A DNA stretch of 64,000 nt from an uncultured Cyclobacterium sp. (GCF_963976465.1 NZ_CAXBOC010000001.1:1103-65102), one strand, 5' to 3'; positions 9,376-19,748 are shown, counted from the first letter of the stretch. Program-made: numbers and translations. The notes: generated from the sequence alone by a model not told the origin.

Positions 9376-9888
9376 CTATTTTTGCATTACTGTACCGCAT
9401 TTTTTACAGCGTGTGTTTTCGGGGTTGGCCCAAAAACGATCCATTATAGGTGGCAGCTGGTTTACTATATCTGTGATGGTGGCATATTCTTCGTAAAGTT
9501 TGTTGTCACAGTTTTCACAAAACCAAAGAAAACCATCTTCTTCACCCGGTTTTCTATACCTCTCTATCACCAGGCCCACTGTATTGGCCGGTCTTCTGGG
9601 GCTATGAGGCACTCTGGGAGGCAGTAGAAACACTTCCCCTTCTTTGATGGGTATGTCTTTCATTACCCCATCGTCTACTATTTTAAGAACAATATCACCT
9701 TCAACTTGGTAAAAGAACTCCTCACCTTCGTTATAATGGTAATCCTTTCTGGCGTTTGGACCTCCTACCACCATGACGATAAAGTCGTCATTTTCCAGGT
9801 ACATTTGTTGATTGCCCACTGGAGGTTTTAATAAATGGCGGTGATCATCTATCCATTTAGTGAAATTGATTGGTTGGGAAACGGCCAT
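9376..9888 (-). CDS. nbaC: 3-hydroxyanthranilate 3,4-dioxygenase (cupin)
   Basis: 170 aa. Cupin core with H/E/H ligands (YHYNEGEEFFYQ...VPHSP). C-terminal CENC...CKKC rubredoxin-like site. Confidence 0.85.
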   Translation of the reverse strand: MAVSQPINFTKWIDDHRHLLKPPVGNQQMYLENDDFIVMVVGGPNARKDYHYNEGEEFFYQVEGDIVLKIVDDGVMKDIPIKEGEVFLLPPRVPHSPRRPANTVGLVIERYRKPGEEDGFLWFCENCDNKLYEEYATITDIVNQLPPIMDRFWANPENTRCKKCGTVMQK

Positions 9889-10181
9889 AATTTGAATAGT
9901 TTTAATGATTATGCCTGGGCTTTCTTGATCCTACTGAAATGAATTATAGGCCTAAGGCGAACGGCCAAAATTATAAAAAATATCCTATTAATGAACTATA
10001 TAAACCTTAGCATTAACAAAATGGTAAAAATGATTGTTTTCAAAGGTTTTATGCCGGGTTTTGAATAAATGGTGAGCTACCAATATTTTATCATTGCTAT
10101 TCAGTAACTTGCCCGAAAAAGTAAATGATTGGTTTGCTTTCACCTGCTAAAATGATTCAATTCAGCCTTTTTTAAGCCCTT

Positions 10182-10790
10182 ATGTCCTCACACCATTTTG
10201 TAAAAGAACAACAAGAACCGGCTTTGCTTCTGTTGCTTGAAGAAATTGAAGATACGGAAACTCTCTCTTCCCTGCTCGAATGGGTGCCTACCGTCCTGGT
10301 TACCCAAAACAATGTGCAAAAAATCATGTCCTTGGGTATCAAAATTGATGGGATTCTTGCCACAAAGGAATTCCAGAATGCCAACCCTTACTTGCTTGAA
10401 GAACAGCATCCGGTAATATTTATCACTTCGGCTGAAGGTGCCTTCTTAGAAGCCGGCCTCAACTACCTTAGGGAAAAAGAGCATCATGCGGTAAATATCC
10501 TGAACTTTGATCCCTTGCGTATAAGGGAGTTGCTTCCTCAACTATCAAATTTGGACATCGTATTTTTTTACAATGGAATAAGGTATTTTCCGGCCAGGAA
10601 AGGAAAAATGAAAAAATGGTTCCCCGAAGGTCCCATACAGGTACATGGCGCTGAAGGACAATTTATTGAACATCAATCGGCTTCTTCTTCCAATGTTTTT
10701 CGGATCCAATACACCACCTTTTTAGAGCTTGAAGAGGGTTTTCATACCTTTAGTAGCAATGATTTATTTTGGATAGGGACCTTGGTGTAG
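10182..10790 (+). CDS. Hypothetical protein
   Basis: 202-aa ORF with no motif I can assign. Confidence 0.5.
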   Translation: MSSHHFVKEQQEPALLLLLEEIEDTETLSSLLEWVPTVLVTQNNVQKIMSLGIKIDGILATKEFQNANPYLLEEQHPVIFITSAEGAFLEAGLNYLREKEHHAVNILNFDPLRIRELLPQLSNLDIVFFYNGIRYFPARKGKMKKWFPEGPIQVHGAEGQFIEHQSASSSNVFRIQYTTFLELEEGFHTFSSNDLFWIGTLV

Positions 10791-10934
10791 GCGAGAAATC
10801 AAGCAAAAAATATGATATAGACCAAATGGCCAAAATTTAAGGTTTCTCCTGCCTTTTTAACCCTAGATGTGCAATAGACCATTTACTTCAACATTACGAG
10901 GCCTAATTTACAATCCGGATTTTAAGTTTTAAGA

Positions 10935-11774
10935 TTATGCTTGCCGGACTTGGCCATAAACGATGCGATCCTTTCCGTTGATGTCCCGGATAAGCCGGAC
11001 TTCTCCAAAGCCTTCACTGTTCATCATGGAAACGACTTCCGGACCAAAAGCTTCATTGATTTCAAAATACAGGAAGCCATTAGGGTTGAGAGATTCTTTG
11101 GCATGAAGGCATATGGCTTTGTAGAAGCGCAAGGGGTCCTCATTGGGTACAAACAAAGCCAATTCAGGCTCATGTTTCAGCACATTGGCTTGCATCAAGG
11201 CACGTTCTTTTTCCAACACATAGGGAGGGTTGCTGACCATAAGGTCATATTGATCCAAATGCAAATCTTTATTCAAAACATCAGCTTTGATAAAATTGAG
11301 CTTTGCTCCATGTTTTGCTGCATTGTGTTTGGCGATGGCCAAAGCTTGCTCACTAATATCTAGGGCCGATACCTCCGCTTCTGCCCATTCCAGCGCCAAG
11401 GATATGGCAATGCAACCAGAGCCTGTCCCAAGGTCAAGGACTTTCATTTTTCCTTTGTGGTTTTGTAGAATCAGTTGGACCAGTTCTTCGGTCTCATTTC
11501 TGGGAATCAGTACACCGGGGCCAACCCTAAATTCTCTTCCATAAAACGGTGCTTTTGCCAATATGTATTGTATGGGTTCACCAGCCATTAATTTGGCCAT
11601 GGCATTTTCTAAGTTTTCAGGAACTAAAGGAATGGGTTTTTTATTTAATACATCTTTACGGTCCACAGACAAATAGGCTTCGAAAAGCCACATCACCAGA
11701 CTTCGTGCTTCAGTTTCCGGATAAAGGGAGGTTAATTGGCTTACATAGGCCTTGTATACGTCTCTTAAATTCAT
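10935..11774 (-). CDS. prmC: Peptide chain release factor N5-glutamine methyltransferase
   Basis: 279 aa. SAM motif VLDLGTGSGCIAI and catalytic NPPY. Confidence 0.9.
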   Translation of the reverse strand: MNLRDVYKAYVSQLTSLYPETEARSLVMWLFEAYLSVDRKDVLNKKPIPLVPENLENAMAKLMAGEPIQYILAKAPFYGREFRVGPGVLIPRNETEELVQLILQNHKGKMKVLDLGTGSGCIAISLALEWAEAEVSALDISEQALAIAKHNAAKHGAKLNFIKADVLNKDLHLDQYDLMVSNPPYVLEKERALMQANVLKHEPELALFVPNEDPLRFYKAICLHAKESLNPNGFLYFEINEAFGPEVVSMMNSEGFGEVRLIRDINGKDRIVYGQVRQA

Positions 11775-12148
11775 TTTTTAATTGGGTTACCGATCCCTTT
11801 GTTATTGATGAAAAACCAAAAATAAATAGCCCCTATAGCATAACAAACCAAATCCAAGGGGTCTCGAACATACACAGAAGACCAAGCGGGCAGGAACCCT
11901 TCGAATAATAGACCAAAGTATACCAGGCCAATGATGATTTGCTTTTTGGTGAAGACCAGTTGTGTAGGGTCTTGATGCATCCACCTAAACGCTTGTAAGG
12001 TAATGCCAAGGACCACCGGTATGGCAAGGAGGTCATCCAGGTAACTGTGCAAAAGTGGCAAAAACAGGCCTTGAATCTTTTCAAGGTACTGATTGGCCCA
12101 GAATAGTATACATGGAAACCAGAAGAAGGGATTTTTGAGCACCGACAT
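11771..12148 (-). CDS. Hypothetical multi-pass membrane protein
   Basis: Hydrophobic ORF. Start chosen at MSVLKNPFFW (12148) because TAATG overlaps the stop of the upstream gene. 4-nt overlap with prmC. Confidence 0.5.
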   Translation of the reverse strand: MSVLKNPFFWFPCILFWANQYLEKIQGLFLPLLHSYLDDLLAIPVVLGITLQAFRWMHQDPTQLVFTKKQIIIGLVYFGLLFEGFLPAWSSVYVRDPLDLVCYAIGAIYFWFFINNKGIGNPIKK

Positions 12149-12468
12149 TATCCGGGCAAAGCAGCTATCAGCCAAGCAATTATTGTGATAATGGTGATAT
12201 ATAGGCTATAAAAGAAATTACCCACTATTTTGGATTTCTTTACAAATGCACTGTCGCTTTCCTTAATGTAGAAAATCCACTGTTCTTCATTGACTTTCTT
12301 TTGAGCAGCTCTTTTTTCTTCGAAGGCCAATTCTTCCTTTCCGAGTATTTCACCGCAATGTTCGCAGGTATCTGTCAGGTTTTGATTCCATTCAGTCCAT
12401 TTTCCACAATTTGGGCATTTTTTTTCTCCCATAGCAGCAAAAATACCAAAATATCCATCTTCTGCCAA
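12148..12468 (-). CDS. Hypothetical zinc-ribbon protein with C-terminal TM helix
   Basis: CPNCGKW...CEHCG pair of CxxC motifs. C-terminal hydrophobic FFYSLYITIITIIAWLIAAL. Start could instead be the Met at 12432. Confidence 0.5.
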   Translation of the reverse strand: MAEDGYFGIFAAMGEKKCPNCGKWTEWNQNLTDTCEHCGEILGKEELAFEEKRAAQKKVNEEQWIFYIKESDSAFVKKSKIVGNFFYSLYITIITIIAWLIAALPG

Positions 12469-12540
12469 CTCCTCTTATGCTTCTTGGGCATATTCCCCGT
12501 ACATATTTTCTATATTTGTGGTTAAATTAAAAATGCCTAT

Positions 12541-13587
12541 ATGAAGCTCTTTCCAAATACAGTTAACGCAGTGGTCAAAGCGTTGGAAGAAATATTTGAC
12601 AATAACCATTACTGGTTCGGTACCTATTGGGTATTGCATGACAGGGTCTTGCCCGATTGGAGAGAGTTCAAAGGTATCAATGGAGAGAAAATCAGGCAAC
12701 ATAGGTCTAAGATAGAAGACCGGGCCGTGTTGCAGTCCATACCGGATTGGTTAGATGAAATGGGAGCTGCACAATTGGGTGACAATTGGGAGCCCGAATT
12801 GGCCAGTCTAAATGAACAAGCGCAGGTGGTATTGCGTGCCAATACGCTTAAGACACAGCGCACTGAGCTCAAAAATAAACTGGAGGAACTGGAAGTAAAA
12901 GCATATGTTCCAAAAGAATATCCTGATGCTTTGGTTTTGCTAAAGCGCAAGAATGTGTTCCGGACACCACTATTTAAAGAGGGGCTATTTGAGGTACAGG
13001 ATGCTTCTTCGCAAATGGTAGCTGCAGCTTTGGAAGTGGAGCCAGGTATGAGGGTGATCGATGCCTGTTCAGGTGCAGGAGGTAAAGCCTTACATTTGGC
13101 GGCCTTGATGCAGAACAAAGGCAGGATTTTGGCCATGGATACAGAAGCCTGGAAGTTAAAAAATGCCAAGTTAAGAGCCAGAAGAGCAGGGATTTCAATA
13201 ATGGAAACCAAGGCCATTGAGAGTAACAAAACCATTAAAAGGCTTCATGAAAGTGCTGACCGTTTGTTGTTAGACGTTCCTTGTTCTGGCTTGGGAGTTT
13301 TAAAGAGAAATCCGGATACCAAGTGGAAGCTCAACCCGGCATCCATAGCAAAAGTAGAAGCCTTACAAAAAGAGATCTTGTTTCAGTATCCCTCCATGCT
13401 CAAACCGGGTGGAATTATGATTTATGCTACTTGTAGTATTCTTCCTTCTGAAAATCACAAGCAAGTGGAGGCTTTCCTAAACAGTGAAAATGGTCAGCAA
13501 TTTGAACTCATGGAAGAAACTCAGGTGCTTTCCCATGAAAGTGGCTTTGATGGGTTTTATATTGCCAAATTGAGAAAGAAAAAATAA
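12541..13587 (+). CDS. RsmB/NOL1/NOP2/Sun-family RNA m5C methyltransferase
   Basis: 348 aa. DACSGAGGKALHLA (SAM), DVPCSGLGV and YATCSILPSEN catalytic cysteines. Confidence 0.8.
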   Translation: MKLFPNTVNAVVKALEEIFDNNHYWFGTYWVLHDRVLPDWREFKGINGEKIRQHRSKIEDRAVLQSIPDWLDEMGAAQLGDNWEPELASLNEQAQVVLRANTLKTQRTELKNKLEELEVKAYVPKEYPDALVLLKRKNVFRTPLFKEGLFEVQDASSQMVAAALEVEPGMRVIDACSGAGGKALHLAALMQNKGRILAMDTEAWKLKNAKLRARRAGISIMETKAIESNKTIKRLHESADRLLLDVPCSGLGVLKRNPDTKWKLNPASIAKVEALQKEILFQYPSMLKPGGIMIYATCSILPSENHKQVEAFLNSENGQQFELMEETQVLSHESGFDGFYIAKLRKKK

Positions 13588-14246
13588 TGAGGTCATTTTT
13601 ACTGGGGCTAATTTTAGTAATAGTATCATGTGAGACAAGCGAAAAACCTCTTTCCTCACACAAAATATTGGTGATAGGCAACAGTATCACCATCCACCCA
13701 CCGGATTCTTCCATAGGTTGGAATGCCAATTGGGGCATGGCTGCCAGTGGCCCCGAGCAGGATTATTTTGCATTATTGAAAGCCGATTTACAAAACCTAA
13801 CGTCTCAATTGTATATGATGCGTGAGAATGTGTATCCTTTTGAAAGAGGCTTTGAAACATTAAACTTTGAACAATATGCTCACCTGAAAGCCTTTGATGC
13901 AGATATAATTATCATTAGGCTGGGGGAGAATATAGAAGATGGAGAAATTTCAAATTGGAATTTAGCCGAGGCCATTGAGGAATTTGCCTTTTATCTTGGA
14001 GGAGAGGATACAAAATATATTGTGACGACTACTTTCTGGCCAAGACCCCTAGTGAATGAACAATTGATTCATGCTGCCAATGAAAATTTATGGAAGGTAG
14101 TTGATATTAGTGACTTAGGGGCAGATCCTGATAATATGGCTATTGGAAAATTCGAAAATCAAGCGGTGGCTTCTCATCCAAATGACCGAGGAATGAGGGG
14201 CATAAGTGCAGCTTTGTCCAAGGCCGTTAAGGATATGGAACAATGA
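13587..14246 (+). CDS. SGNH/GDSL-family hydrolase lipoprotein
   Basis: 219 aa. Lipobox-like LVIVSC, then VIGNSIT block I. Confidence 0.55.
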   Translation: MRSFLLGLILVIVSCETSEKPLSSHKILVIGNSITIHPPDSSIGWNANWGMAASGPEQDYFALLKADLQNLTSQLYMMRENVYPFERGFETLNFEQYAHLKAFDADIIIIRLGENIEDGEISNWNLAEAIEEFAFYLGGEDTKYIVTTTFWPRPLVNEQLIHAANENLWKVVDISDLGADPDNMAIGKFENQAVASHPNDRGMRGISAALSKAVKDMEQ

Positions 14247-14315
14247 CTCTCTCCAAAGATTATTCCTTTTAGCAGAGACAAATTTAATTTTTTTAACATT
14301 TTTTTTAGAAAAAAA

Positions 14316-14347
14316 TTGATTCGCATGTTAAATTCATTGTATCTTTG
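14316..14347 (+). promoter_or_regulatory. Candidate Bacteroidota-type promoter for guaB (TTG ... TAnnTTTG)
   Basis: TTG at 14316-14318 and TATCTTTG at 14340-14347, 21 nt apart and 30 nt upstream of the guaB ATG. Match to the remembered consensus only. Confidence 0.3.
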
Positions 14348-14377
14348 ACGGGCAAATAGGGTATTTAACCATTTGCC

Positions 14378-15856
14378 ATGAATCCAAACACAGATAAATT
14401 TCTCTTCGAAGCACTCACCTATGATGATGTGCTTTTAGTACCAGGATATTCCGAGGTACTTCCCCGCGACACCTCCACTTCTACGCGCCTTACCAAAAAC
14501 ATTCAATTGGAAATTCCATTGGTTTCTGCAGCCATGGACACTGTTACTGAAGCTGAATTGGCCATTGCCATTGCCTTAGAAGGCGGGCTTGGTTTTATTC
14601 ACAAAAACATGACCATCGAAAAGCAGGCAGCTCAGGTAAGAAAGGTAAAAAGATCTCAAAGTGGAATGATCTTGGATCCCATTACCTTAGACATCGATGC
14701 TAAGGTAAAAGATGCAGAAGCCATAATGAGTGAATACAATATTGGCGGTATTCCTGTAGTAGATGAGAACAGGTTTCTCAAAGGAATCATCACCAATAGG
14801 GATTTACGATTTATCAAGGACCTAAGTCGACCGGTAAAGGAGATCATGACCATGGAAAAGCTAATCACTGCAAAAGCAGGGATTACGTTAGAAGAGGCAG
14901 AAGAAGTCCTTCAAGAATACAAAATCGAGAAGTTGCCTATAGTGGATGAAGACTATAAGTTGACCGGCTTAATTACTTATAAGGATATCCTAAAGCGCAG
15001 AGATAAACCTCATGCGTGTAAGGATAGTTTTGGCCGATTACGTGTAGGCGCTGCAGTAGGTGTTACGGCTGATATAGAGCAAAGAGTGGGAGCCTTGGTA
15101 AATGCAGGAGTAGATGTTATTAGTATTGATACCGCTCATGGCCATTCCAAAGGAGTGATTGAGACTTGTAAAAAGATCAAAACCATATTCCCAGACCTTG
15201 ATGTGATTGTTGGGAACATCGCCACTGCAGAAGCCGCCATAGCTTTGGCAGATGCGGGGGCCGATGGAGTAAAAGTGGGCGTTGGGCCGGGTAGTATTTG
15301 TACCACTAGGGTAATTGCCGGTGTGGGTATGCCTCAACTGTCCGCTGTCATGGAGTGTTCAAATGCCTTGAAAGGAAGAGATGTTCCTGTTATTGCAGAT
15401 GGAGGAATTCGATATTCCGGAGATATTGTAAAAGCCTTGGCTGCAGGAGCTGCTTCAGTAATGATCGGTTCTATCCTTGCTGGAACTGAGGAAGCACCCG
15501 GAGAGATAATAATCTTTGACGGAAGGAAATTTAAATCTTACCGCGGTATGGGCTCTCTAGAGGCCATGGAATCGGGATCCAAAGATCGTTATTTCCAAGA
15601 TGCCGAAGAAAACATTAAGAAACTGGTACCTGAAGGCATAGTGGGACGAATAGCTTTCAAAGGCCTGGTTTCAGAAGTGCTGTACCAAATGGTAGGAGGC
15701 TTGCAGGCAGGCATGGGTTATTGCGGAACAGCTACCATAGATGACCTCAGAGAGAAAGGAAAATTTGTCAAGATCACAGCTGCCGGAGTAAGGGAGTCAC
15801 ATCCTCATGACATCAACATAACAAGAGAAGCACCGAACTATAGTGCCAAATCTTAA
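14378..15856 (+). CDS. guaB: IMP dehydrogenase
   Basis: 492 aa. CBS pair insert, catalytic loop [12 protein letters not shown]-terminal SHPHD. Confidence 0.95.
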   Translation: MNPNTDKFLFEALTYDDVLLVPGYSEVLPRDTSTSTRLTKNIQLEIPLVSAAMDTVTEAELAIAIALEGGLGFIHKNMTIEKQAAQVRKVKRSQSGMILDPITLDIDAKVKDAEAIMSEYNIGGIPVVDENRFLKGIITNRDLRFIKDLSRPVKEIMTMEKLITAKAGITLEEAEEVLQEYKIEKLPIVDEDYKLTGLITYKDILKRRDKPHACKDSFGRLRVGAAVGVTADIEQRVGALVNAGVDVISIDTAHGHSKGVIETCKKIKTIFPDLDVIVGNIATAEAAIALADAGADGVKVGVGPGSICTTRVIAGVGMPQLSAVMECSNALKGRDVPVIADGGIRYSGDIVKALAAGAASVMIGSILAGTEEAPGEIIIFDGRKFKSYRGMGSLEAMESGSKDRYFQDAEENIKKLVPEGIVGRIAFKGLVSEVLYQMVGGLQAGMGYCGTATIDDLREKGKFVKITAAGVRESHPHDINITREAPNYSAKS

Positions 15857-15875
15857 TACGGGACATTTATAATAA

Positions 15876-15913
15876 TAAAAAAGGCCGGTGGAAATTTTCC
15901 ACCGGCCTTTTTT
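15876..15913. terminator. Bidirectional rho-independent terminator between guaB and the FKBP genes
   Basis: AAAAAA-GGCCGGTGG(15883-15891)-loop-CCACCGGCC(15899-15907)-TTTTTT. Confidence 0.75.
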
Positions 15914-15975
15914 AATGTATAAAAGGGATTTTTAATCCGGATTATGAAATAGATTTTCTATTGCCTATTTCGAGT

Positions 15976-16536
15976 TTAATCCATGCCTAGAAAGGCGACA
16001 TCAAAAACCAACACGGAGTTGGCCGGAACCCTTGCAACGTTCTCATTGTCTTGATAGGCATAGGGGGATGGGATGATAATGGTAGCTTTCGCGCCACTTC
16101 GAATTCTTTGAAATCCATAAGTAAAGCCTTGAATGGCCCCTCCATTAGAAGTACTTTGCCCAAGGAAGAAAGAAAATATATCGTAATTTCTGTCTTCATC
16201 ATAAATATCATTTTCCATGGCCACGTCTTCAAGGTTGGAGTCAAAAACAGTCCCATCCAGCAAATAACCGGTGTAATTGGTATAAACCACATTCCCTGAA
16301 ACAGGTCTTGACCCGGTTCCTTCCTCTGTCACGATGACCACCACTCCCGAAGGATCGTGGATCCTATAAAGGCTGTCATATTGAGCAGTTTCTAAATAGG
16401 TATCAATTTTTTCCCTGTCAATGGCTAAATTTCCTTCCGTGTCATAGGTAGGATAGCCATAGCCACTCAAATTGTCATCACAAGAAAAACTGACAATGGC
16501 CAGACAGAAAATAATAATTAATTGCTTTGTACTCAT
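15976..16536 (-). CDS. FKBP-type peptidyl-prolyl isomerase, lipoprotein
   Basis: 186 aa. Signal/lipobox AIVSFSC. YTGYLLDGTVFDS FKBP motif. Confidence 0.8.
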   Translation of the reverse strand: MSTKQLIIIFCLAIVSFSCDDNLSGYGYPTYDTEGNLAIDREKIDTYLETAQYDSLYRIHDPSGVVVIVTEEGTGSRPVSGNVVYTNYTGYLLDGTVFDSNLEDVAMENDIYDEDRNYDIFSFFLGQSTSNGGAIQGFTYGFQRIRSGAKATIIIPSPYAYQDNENVARVPANSVLVFDVAFLGMD

Positions 16537-16551
16537 CCTTTAGCTATTTGT

Positions 16552-17097
16552 TTAAGGTTGATAAGGTCTGTTTTCAGTCAGGTCTAATTCAAAAACCAAA
16601 ACAGAATTTGGTGGGATAGAACCTGCTCCCTGAGTTCCATAACCATAATAAGATGGAATAAGTGCCGTAGCTTTCTCTCCTTCCTTCATTAAAGAAAGAG
16701 CTCCATGCCAACCTTGGATAACATCCGACACTCCAAGCACTAGTTCATAGGGTTCGTAGGTTCTGGATTCGCTATAGAGACCATTGTCTCTTGCTGTTTG
16801 CTCAATAGAAGAGTCAAACACCGTACCGTCCAGTAGCATACCGGTATAATCCACAGCCAAAGTATCCCCGTAAGCTGCTACTTCACCTTCTTCTACCACT
16901 TCTGTAAACAAAAGTACAATACCTGTCCCTTCTATTTCCTCCTTTTTCATGTATTCGTCCGGGAAATTCTGAATATAGGTTTCAATTTTATCGAGATCTT
17001 CTTGAAAAATCACGTCCAAATTTTCCTCTTCCGAGACACAGGAAAGTAAAACAGCGAAAAGAGGCATGAATGCCAAATACTTAATATTTCTAATCAT
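16552..17097 (-). CDS. FKBP-type peptidyl-prolyl isomerase, lipoprotein
   Basis: 181 aa. Lipobox VLLSC. YTGMLLDGTVFDSS...IPPNSVLVFE. Confidence 0.8.
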   Translation of the reverse strand: MIRNIKYLAFMPLFAVLLSCVSEEENLDVIFQEDLDKIETYIQNFPDEYMKKEEIEGTGIVLLFTEVVEEGEVAAYGDTLAVDYTGMLLDGTVFDSSIEQTARDNGLYSESRTYEPYELVLGVSDVIQGWHGALSLMKEGEKATALIPSYYGYGTQGAGSIPPNSVLVFELDLTENRPYQP

Positions 17098-17143
17098 GGT
17101 AGGTATGTATATAATAATAGTTACAAAAGCAGGCTTTAAGGAA

Positions 17144-18073
17144 TTACTGCTTTTTTACGTCAGTTACTTCCACGTCAAATATTAAAATAGAGTTAGGTAC
17201 AATTACTGCTCCTCTTTGACTAGGCCCATAGGCTAGTGGAGAAGGAATCAATAACTTGGCTTTTGAACCCTTTTTTAACAATTGAAGACCTTCATCCCAA
17301 CCCGGAATAACCATTCCTTGGCCTACACTGAATGTAAATGGTTCGTAAGGTCTTCCTTCTGTATAGGTTCCTGCATCTTTGGCTTTGCTTTCAATACTGG
17401 TATCGAATACAGTACCATCAAGCACATAACCGGTATAGTTTACAGAGATTTCGTCTCCTTGTTCTATTTGTGCACCTGAACCTTCTTTCTCTATGACGTA
17501 ATAAACACCTGATTCTGTCTTGTCAGCGTCCAAATTATTTTCAGAAATATAGCTTTCTATGGATTGGATATCATCTTCCAATTGAACTTTAGCTTCTTCA
17601 GCCTGTTTTCTTTGTCCTTCGGCAGCGAGGTCATTGAAGTAGTCTTGGAATACTTCTTCTTCCAATACATTTACCACACCTATCTGTATGGTTACTGTTT
17701 CGTCATTTTCCAAGAATGGAGGCACGCCCTCAGGAGTGAAGATTTTTTCTGCAGTAGAAGTAATTACGATACTGTCACCATTGTTAAGATTTAGGAAAAT
17801 CTCATCAACGCCTGTTCTGGCTGTTGCAGTATCTAAATGCTGCAAATAAGGAGGCATTGGCTGATCATAACTGGAAATAAACAAGGAGTCACTTCCGGTT
17901 TTGGCAGTAAAGTGGTAAACGACAAATTCTCCGTCTTTGGTTTCTTTGTCACCTTGTGATACATATCGGTATTCTATTCCGTCCGAGGTTGTTTCTGTTT
18001 TCTCACAAGAGTACAACAGGGAACTAGATGCCAACACCAAGGCACCAAAAACTAAATTATTGATTTTTTTCAT
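17144..18073 (-). CDS. FKBP-type peptidyl-prolyl isomerase with N-terminal extension, lipoprotein
   Basis: 309 aa. Lipobox LLYSC. C-terminal YTGYVLDGTVFDTS...VPNSILIFDVE. Confidence 0.8.
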   Translation of the reverse strand: MKKINNLVFGALVLASSSLLYSCEKTETTSDGIEYRYVSQGDKETKDGEFVVYHFTAKTGSDSLFISSYDQPMPPYLQHLDTATARTGVDEIFLNLNNGDSIVITSTAEKIFTPEGVPPFLENDETVTIQIGVVNVLEEEVFQDYFNDLAAEGQRKQAEEAKVQLEDDIQSIESYISENNLDADKTESGVYYVIEKEGSGAQIEQGDEISVNYTGYVLDGTVFDTSIESKAKDAGTYTEGRPYEPFTFSVGQGMVIPGWDEGLQLLKKGSKAKLLIPSPLAYGPSQRGAVIVPNSILIFDVEVTDVKKQ

Positions 18074-19106
18074 CGACTAATTCTAATTGATTAAATAAGA
18101 TTTGTTTGTTTTCTTTTATTAATTCTTTAAACCGATCTACGGTTTGTTCTAAATTTACATCTGAAATACCGCCGGAAGCATTTTTATGACCACCTCCATT
18201 AAAGTATTTGGCTGCAAATTTATTTACAGATACGTCTTCAGCAGAACGAAAAGAGATTTTGACTCCATCTTTCCTTTCTGTAAATAAGGCTGCTATTTTA
18301 ATTCCATCCAAAGAAAGGGCATAATTTACAAGACCTTCTGTATCTCCGGTTTGGGATTGGTATTTCCTCAGGTCCTTTTTACTTATAGCAAAAAAAGCAG
18401 TGTTAAGTTCCGGTAAAATAGTCAACCTTCTGGTAAGGGCAAATCCTAAAAATTTTAGTCGATTTACTGAGTAAGTATCATATATTAACCGAGCAATCTT
18501 GGAGTTGTCAGCCCCCAGATCGATTAATTCCGCTGTTACTAAATGTACATTTTTGGTGGTATTGGGATGTCTGAACCCTCCTGTATCGGTCATGATGCCC
18601 GAATAAAGGCATTCAGCAATGTCCTTATCGATTAGATCTCTATCCCCTACCTTTACCATTAAGTCATACAATAACTCACAAGTAGCTGCTGCTTCAGTGC
18701 TGCAAAAGCTGAAATCCGCAAAGTCTTCCGGTTCCTGATGGTGGTCTATATTGACAATATAAGCTTTGGATTGACGCACGGAATCTTCCATTTTTTGAAG
18801 TCGACTAAGACAACAGAAGTCCAAGCAGAATATAATATCTGCCTCAGCAATCAATTTTTCAGCTTTCTCAACTTGCTCAGGGTCTTCATAATTTATCACT
18901 TCATCATTCCCTTTCATCCAATGAAGGAAAACAGGATAATCTGACGGCGTAATTACTTCTACCTGGTGTTTTTTCTTATTTAAATAGCCGGCTAAAGCTA
19001 ATGAAGATCCAAGCGCATCTGCGTCAGGTTTATGATGGGTTGTGATTATAATCTTTTTGGACGAAGCTGAAGAAATCTGTTCTTTAAATAGATTTATATT
19101 CTGCAT
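18057..19106 (-). CDS. nrnA: DHH/DHHA1 phosphoesterase (NrnA-like oligoribonuclease / pAp phosphatase)
   Basis: HHKPDADALGS, NIDHHQ and GGGHKNASG motifs. Start moved to MQNINLF (19106) from the longer track ORF. Confidence 0.8.
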   Translation of the reverse strand: MQNINLFKEQISSASSKKIIITTHHKPDADALGSSLALAGYLNKKKHQVEVITPSDYPVFLHWMKGNDEVINYEDPEQVEKAEKLIAEADIIFCLDFCCLSRLQKMEDSVRQSKAYIVNIDHHQEPEDFADFSFCSTEAAATCELLYDLMVKVGDRDLIDKDIAECLYSGIMTDTGGFRHPNTTKNVHLVTAELIDLGADNSKIARLIYDTYSVNRLKFLGFALTRRLTILPELNTAFFAISKKDLRKYQSQTGDTEGLVNYALSLDGIKIAALFTERKDGVKISFRSAEDVSVNKFAAKYFNGGGHKNASGGISDVNLEQTVDRFKELIKENKQILFNQLELVDEKNQ

Positions 19107-19287
19107 GTGTAATAATTGAGTACCGTATTTAAAAAACACAGATGACAAAGTTCCATATAATTTTCTGAAATTCCCAATTCCTATTTTATCGAAAGATAGA
19201 CTTTATTTATTATCTGTTTTAAACTTTCGCACTTTAACTTAAAAGGATTAATTTTACAGCCATAACTAATAATCCAAATAAAATTTT

Positions 19288-19704
19288 ATGGCTAACAATA
19301 GAACGTTTACAATGATCAAGCCTGATGCCTTCGGTGCTGGGAATTCAGGAGCAATCTTAAAAATGATTGAAGAGGCAGGATTCAAAATCATTGCTTTGAA
19401 AAAAACCCAATTGAATGAAGAATTGGCTGGAGAATTTTACAAAGTTCATGAAGAAAGACCCTTTTACAGCGCATTGTGTAAGTATATGTCTTCAGGGCCC
19501 ATTATTGCTGCAATTTTAGAAAAAGACAATGCCATTGCCGATTTTAGAAAATTAATAGGCGCGACCAATCCTGATGATGCTGAGGAAGGCACCATTAGAA
19601 AATTATATGCTACCTCCATTGAAGCCAATGCTGTTCATGGATCCGACTCTGATGAAAATGCTGAAATCGAAGGAAGCTTCTTTTTTAATGCATTTGAAAA
19701 ATAA
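19288..19704 (+). CDS. ndk: Nucleoside diphosphate kinase
   Basis: 138 aa. TFTMIKPDA and NAVHGSDS active-site His motif. Confidence 0.95.
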   Translation: MANNRTFTMIKPDAFGAGNSGAILKMIEEAGFKIIALKKTQLNEELAGEFYKVHEERPFYSALCKYMSSGPIIAAILEKDNAIADFRKLIGATNPDDAEEGTIRKLYATSIEANAVHGSDSDENAEIEGSFFFNAFEK

Positions 19705-19717
19705 AGTGAATTTGTTT

Positions 19718-19748
19718 TCTATCCCTCTCGGATTCTGAGAGGGATAGA
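19718..19748 (+). terminator. Hairpin downstream of ndk (probable terminator, weak U tract)
   Basis: Perfect 12-bp stem TCTATCCCTCTC (19718-19729) / GAGAGGGATAGA (19737-19748), 14 nt after the ndk stop. Confidence 0.45.

Noticed and set aside
10182-10790. Possible thiamine pyrophosphokinase call for the 202-aa ORF
   Set aside because: Overall size and feel suggested it. But I could not find the GDFDS-type catalytic motif I associate with that family, so it is left as hypothetical.
12624-13235. 203-aa minus-strand ORF inside the rsmB-like gene. Similar long antisense ORFs lie at 5915-6448, 6834-7250, 10941-11363, 25728-26165, 41479-41964, 46103-46579 and 56826-57233.
   Set aside because: Each lies fully within, and antisense to, a gene with clear family motifs. 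Their products are Ser/Leu/Cys-rich low-complexity strings with no motifs. This is typical of shadow ORFs; for example, the antisense of the E/K/L coiled coil at 56381-57217 gives an S/L-rich frame.
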